Below the pieces are notes generated by a model. That model saw nothing but the letters and a program-made list of their open reading frames with translations. It searched no databases and was not told the origin of the DNA. Shown piece after piece: positions 37,971 to 37,971 of a DNA stretch of 37,971 nucleotides. Position numbers and translations under genes: made by a program. Location: the sequence record SRR22947725_186, one strand, 5' to 3'. Numbering within the stretch: position 1 is the first letter of the stretch; each line of letters starts with the position of its first letter.

Positions 37971-37971
37971 T

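Noticed and set aside
37941..37971. Apparently N-truncated GcvP (831 aa) as a pseudogene or split P protein
   Set aside because: The frame stays open to the window edge with conserved residues; this is a window artefact.
1..37971. CRISPR arrays, tRNA/rRNA, IS elements, prophage or defence genes
   Set aside because: No repeat-spacer pattern, cloverleaf, transposase, integrase or nuclease motifs seen; nearly all sequence is explained by the listed genes.

Overview
Very AT-rich (roughly 30% GC by eye), densely packed stretch of a Bacteroidota genome, most likely a streamlined marine Flavobacteriia lineage. Support: SusC/SusD, a T9SS C-terminal sorting domain, TAnnTTTG promoters and A-rich starts without Shine-Dalgarno. 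In order it holds a compact polysaccharide utilisation locus (SusR-like sensor-regulator, SusC, SusD, a surface lipoprotein and one multimodular GH5), thrB-thrC without thrA, gltD-gltB divergent from a small beta-barrel plus ammonium transporter with no P-II gene, purT, era, two secreted hypothetical proteins, der, MerR and M23, alaS, DUF983, a PLP dehydratase/racemase, and GT2-methyltransferase-fabH-gcvP (gcvP runs off the window end). I saw no rRNA, tRNA, CRISPR array, integrase or transposase. Most genes are housekeeping. The best leads are the two internally duplicated secreted proteins between era and der, an extra unassigned module in the GH5, a helically phased operator repeat upstream of susC, the P-II-less porin-Amt/GOGAT unit, and an orphan terminator suggesting an sRNA between purT and era. 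None is proven novel from sequence alone, and family names come from motif recognition, not database searches.
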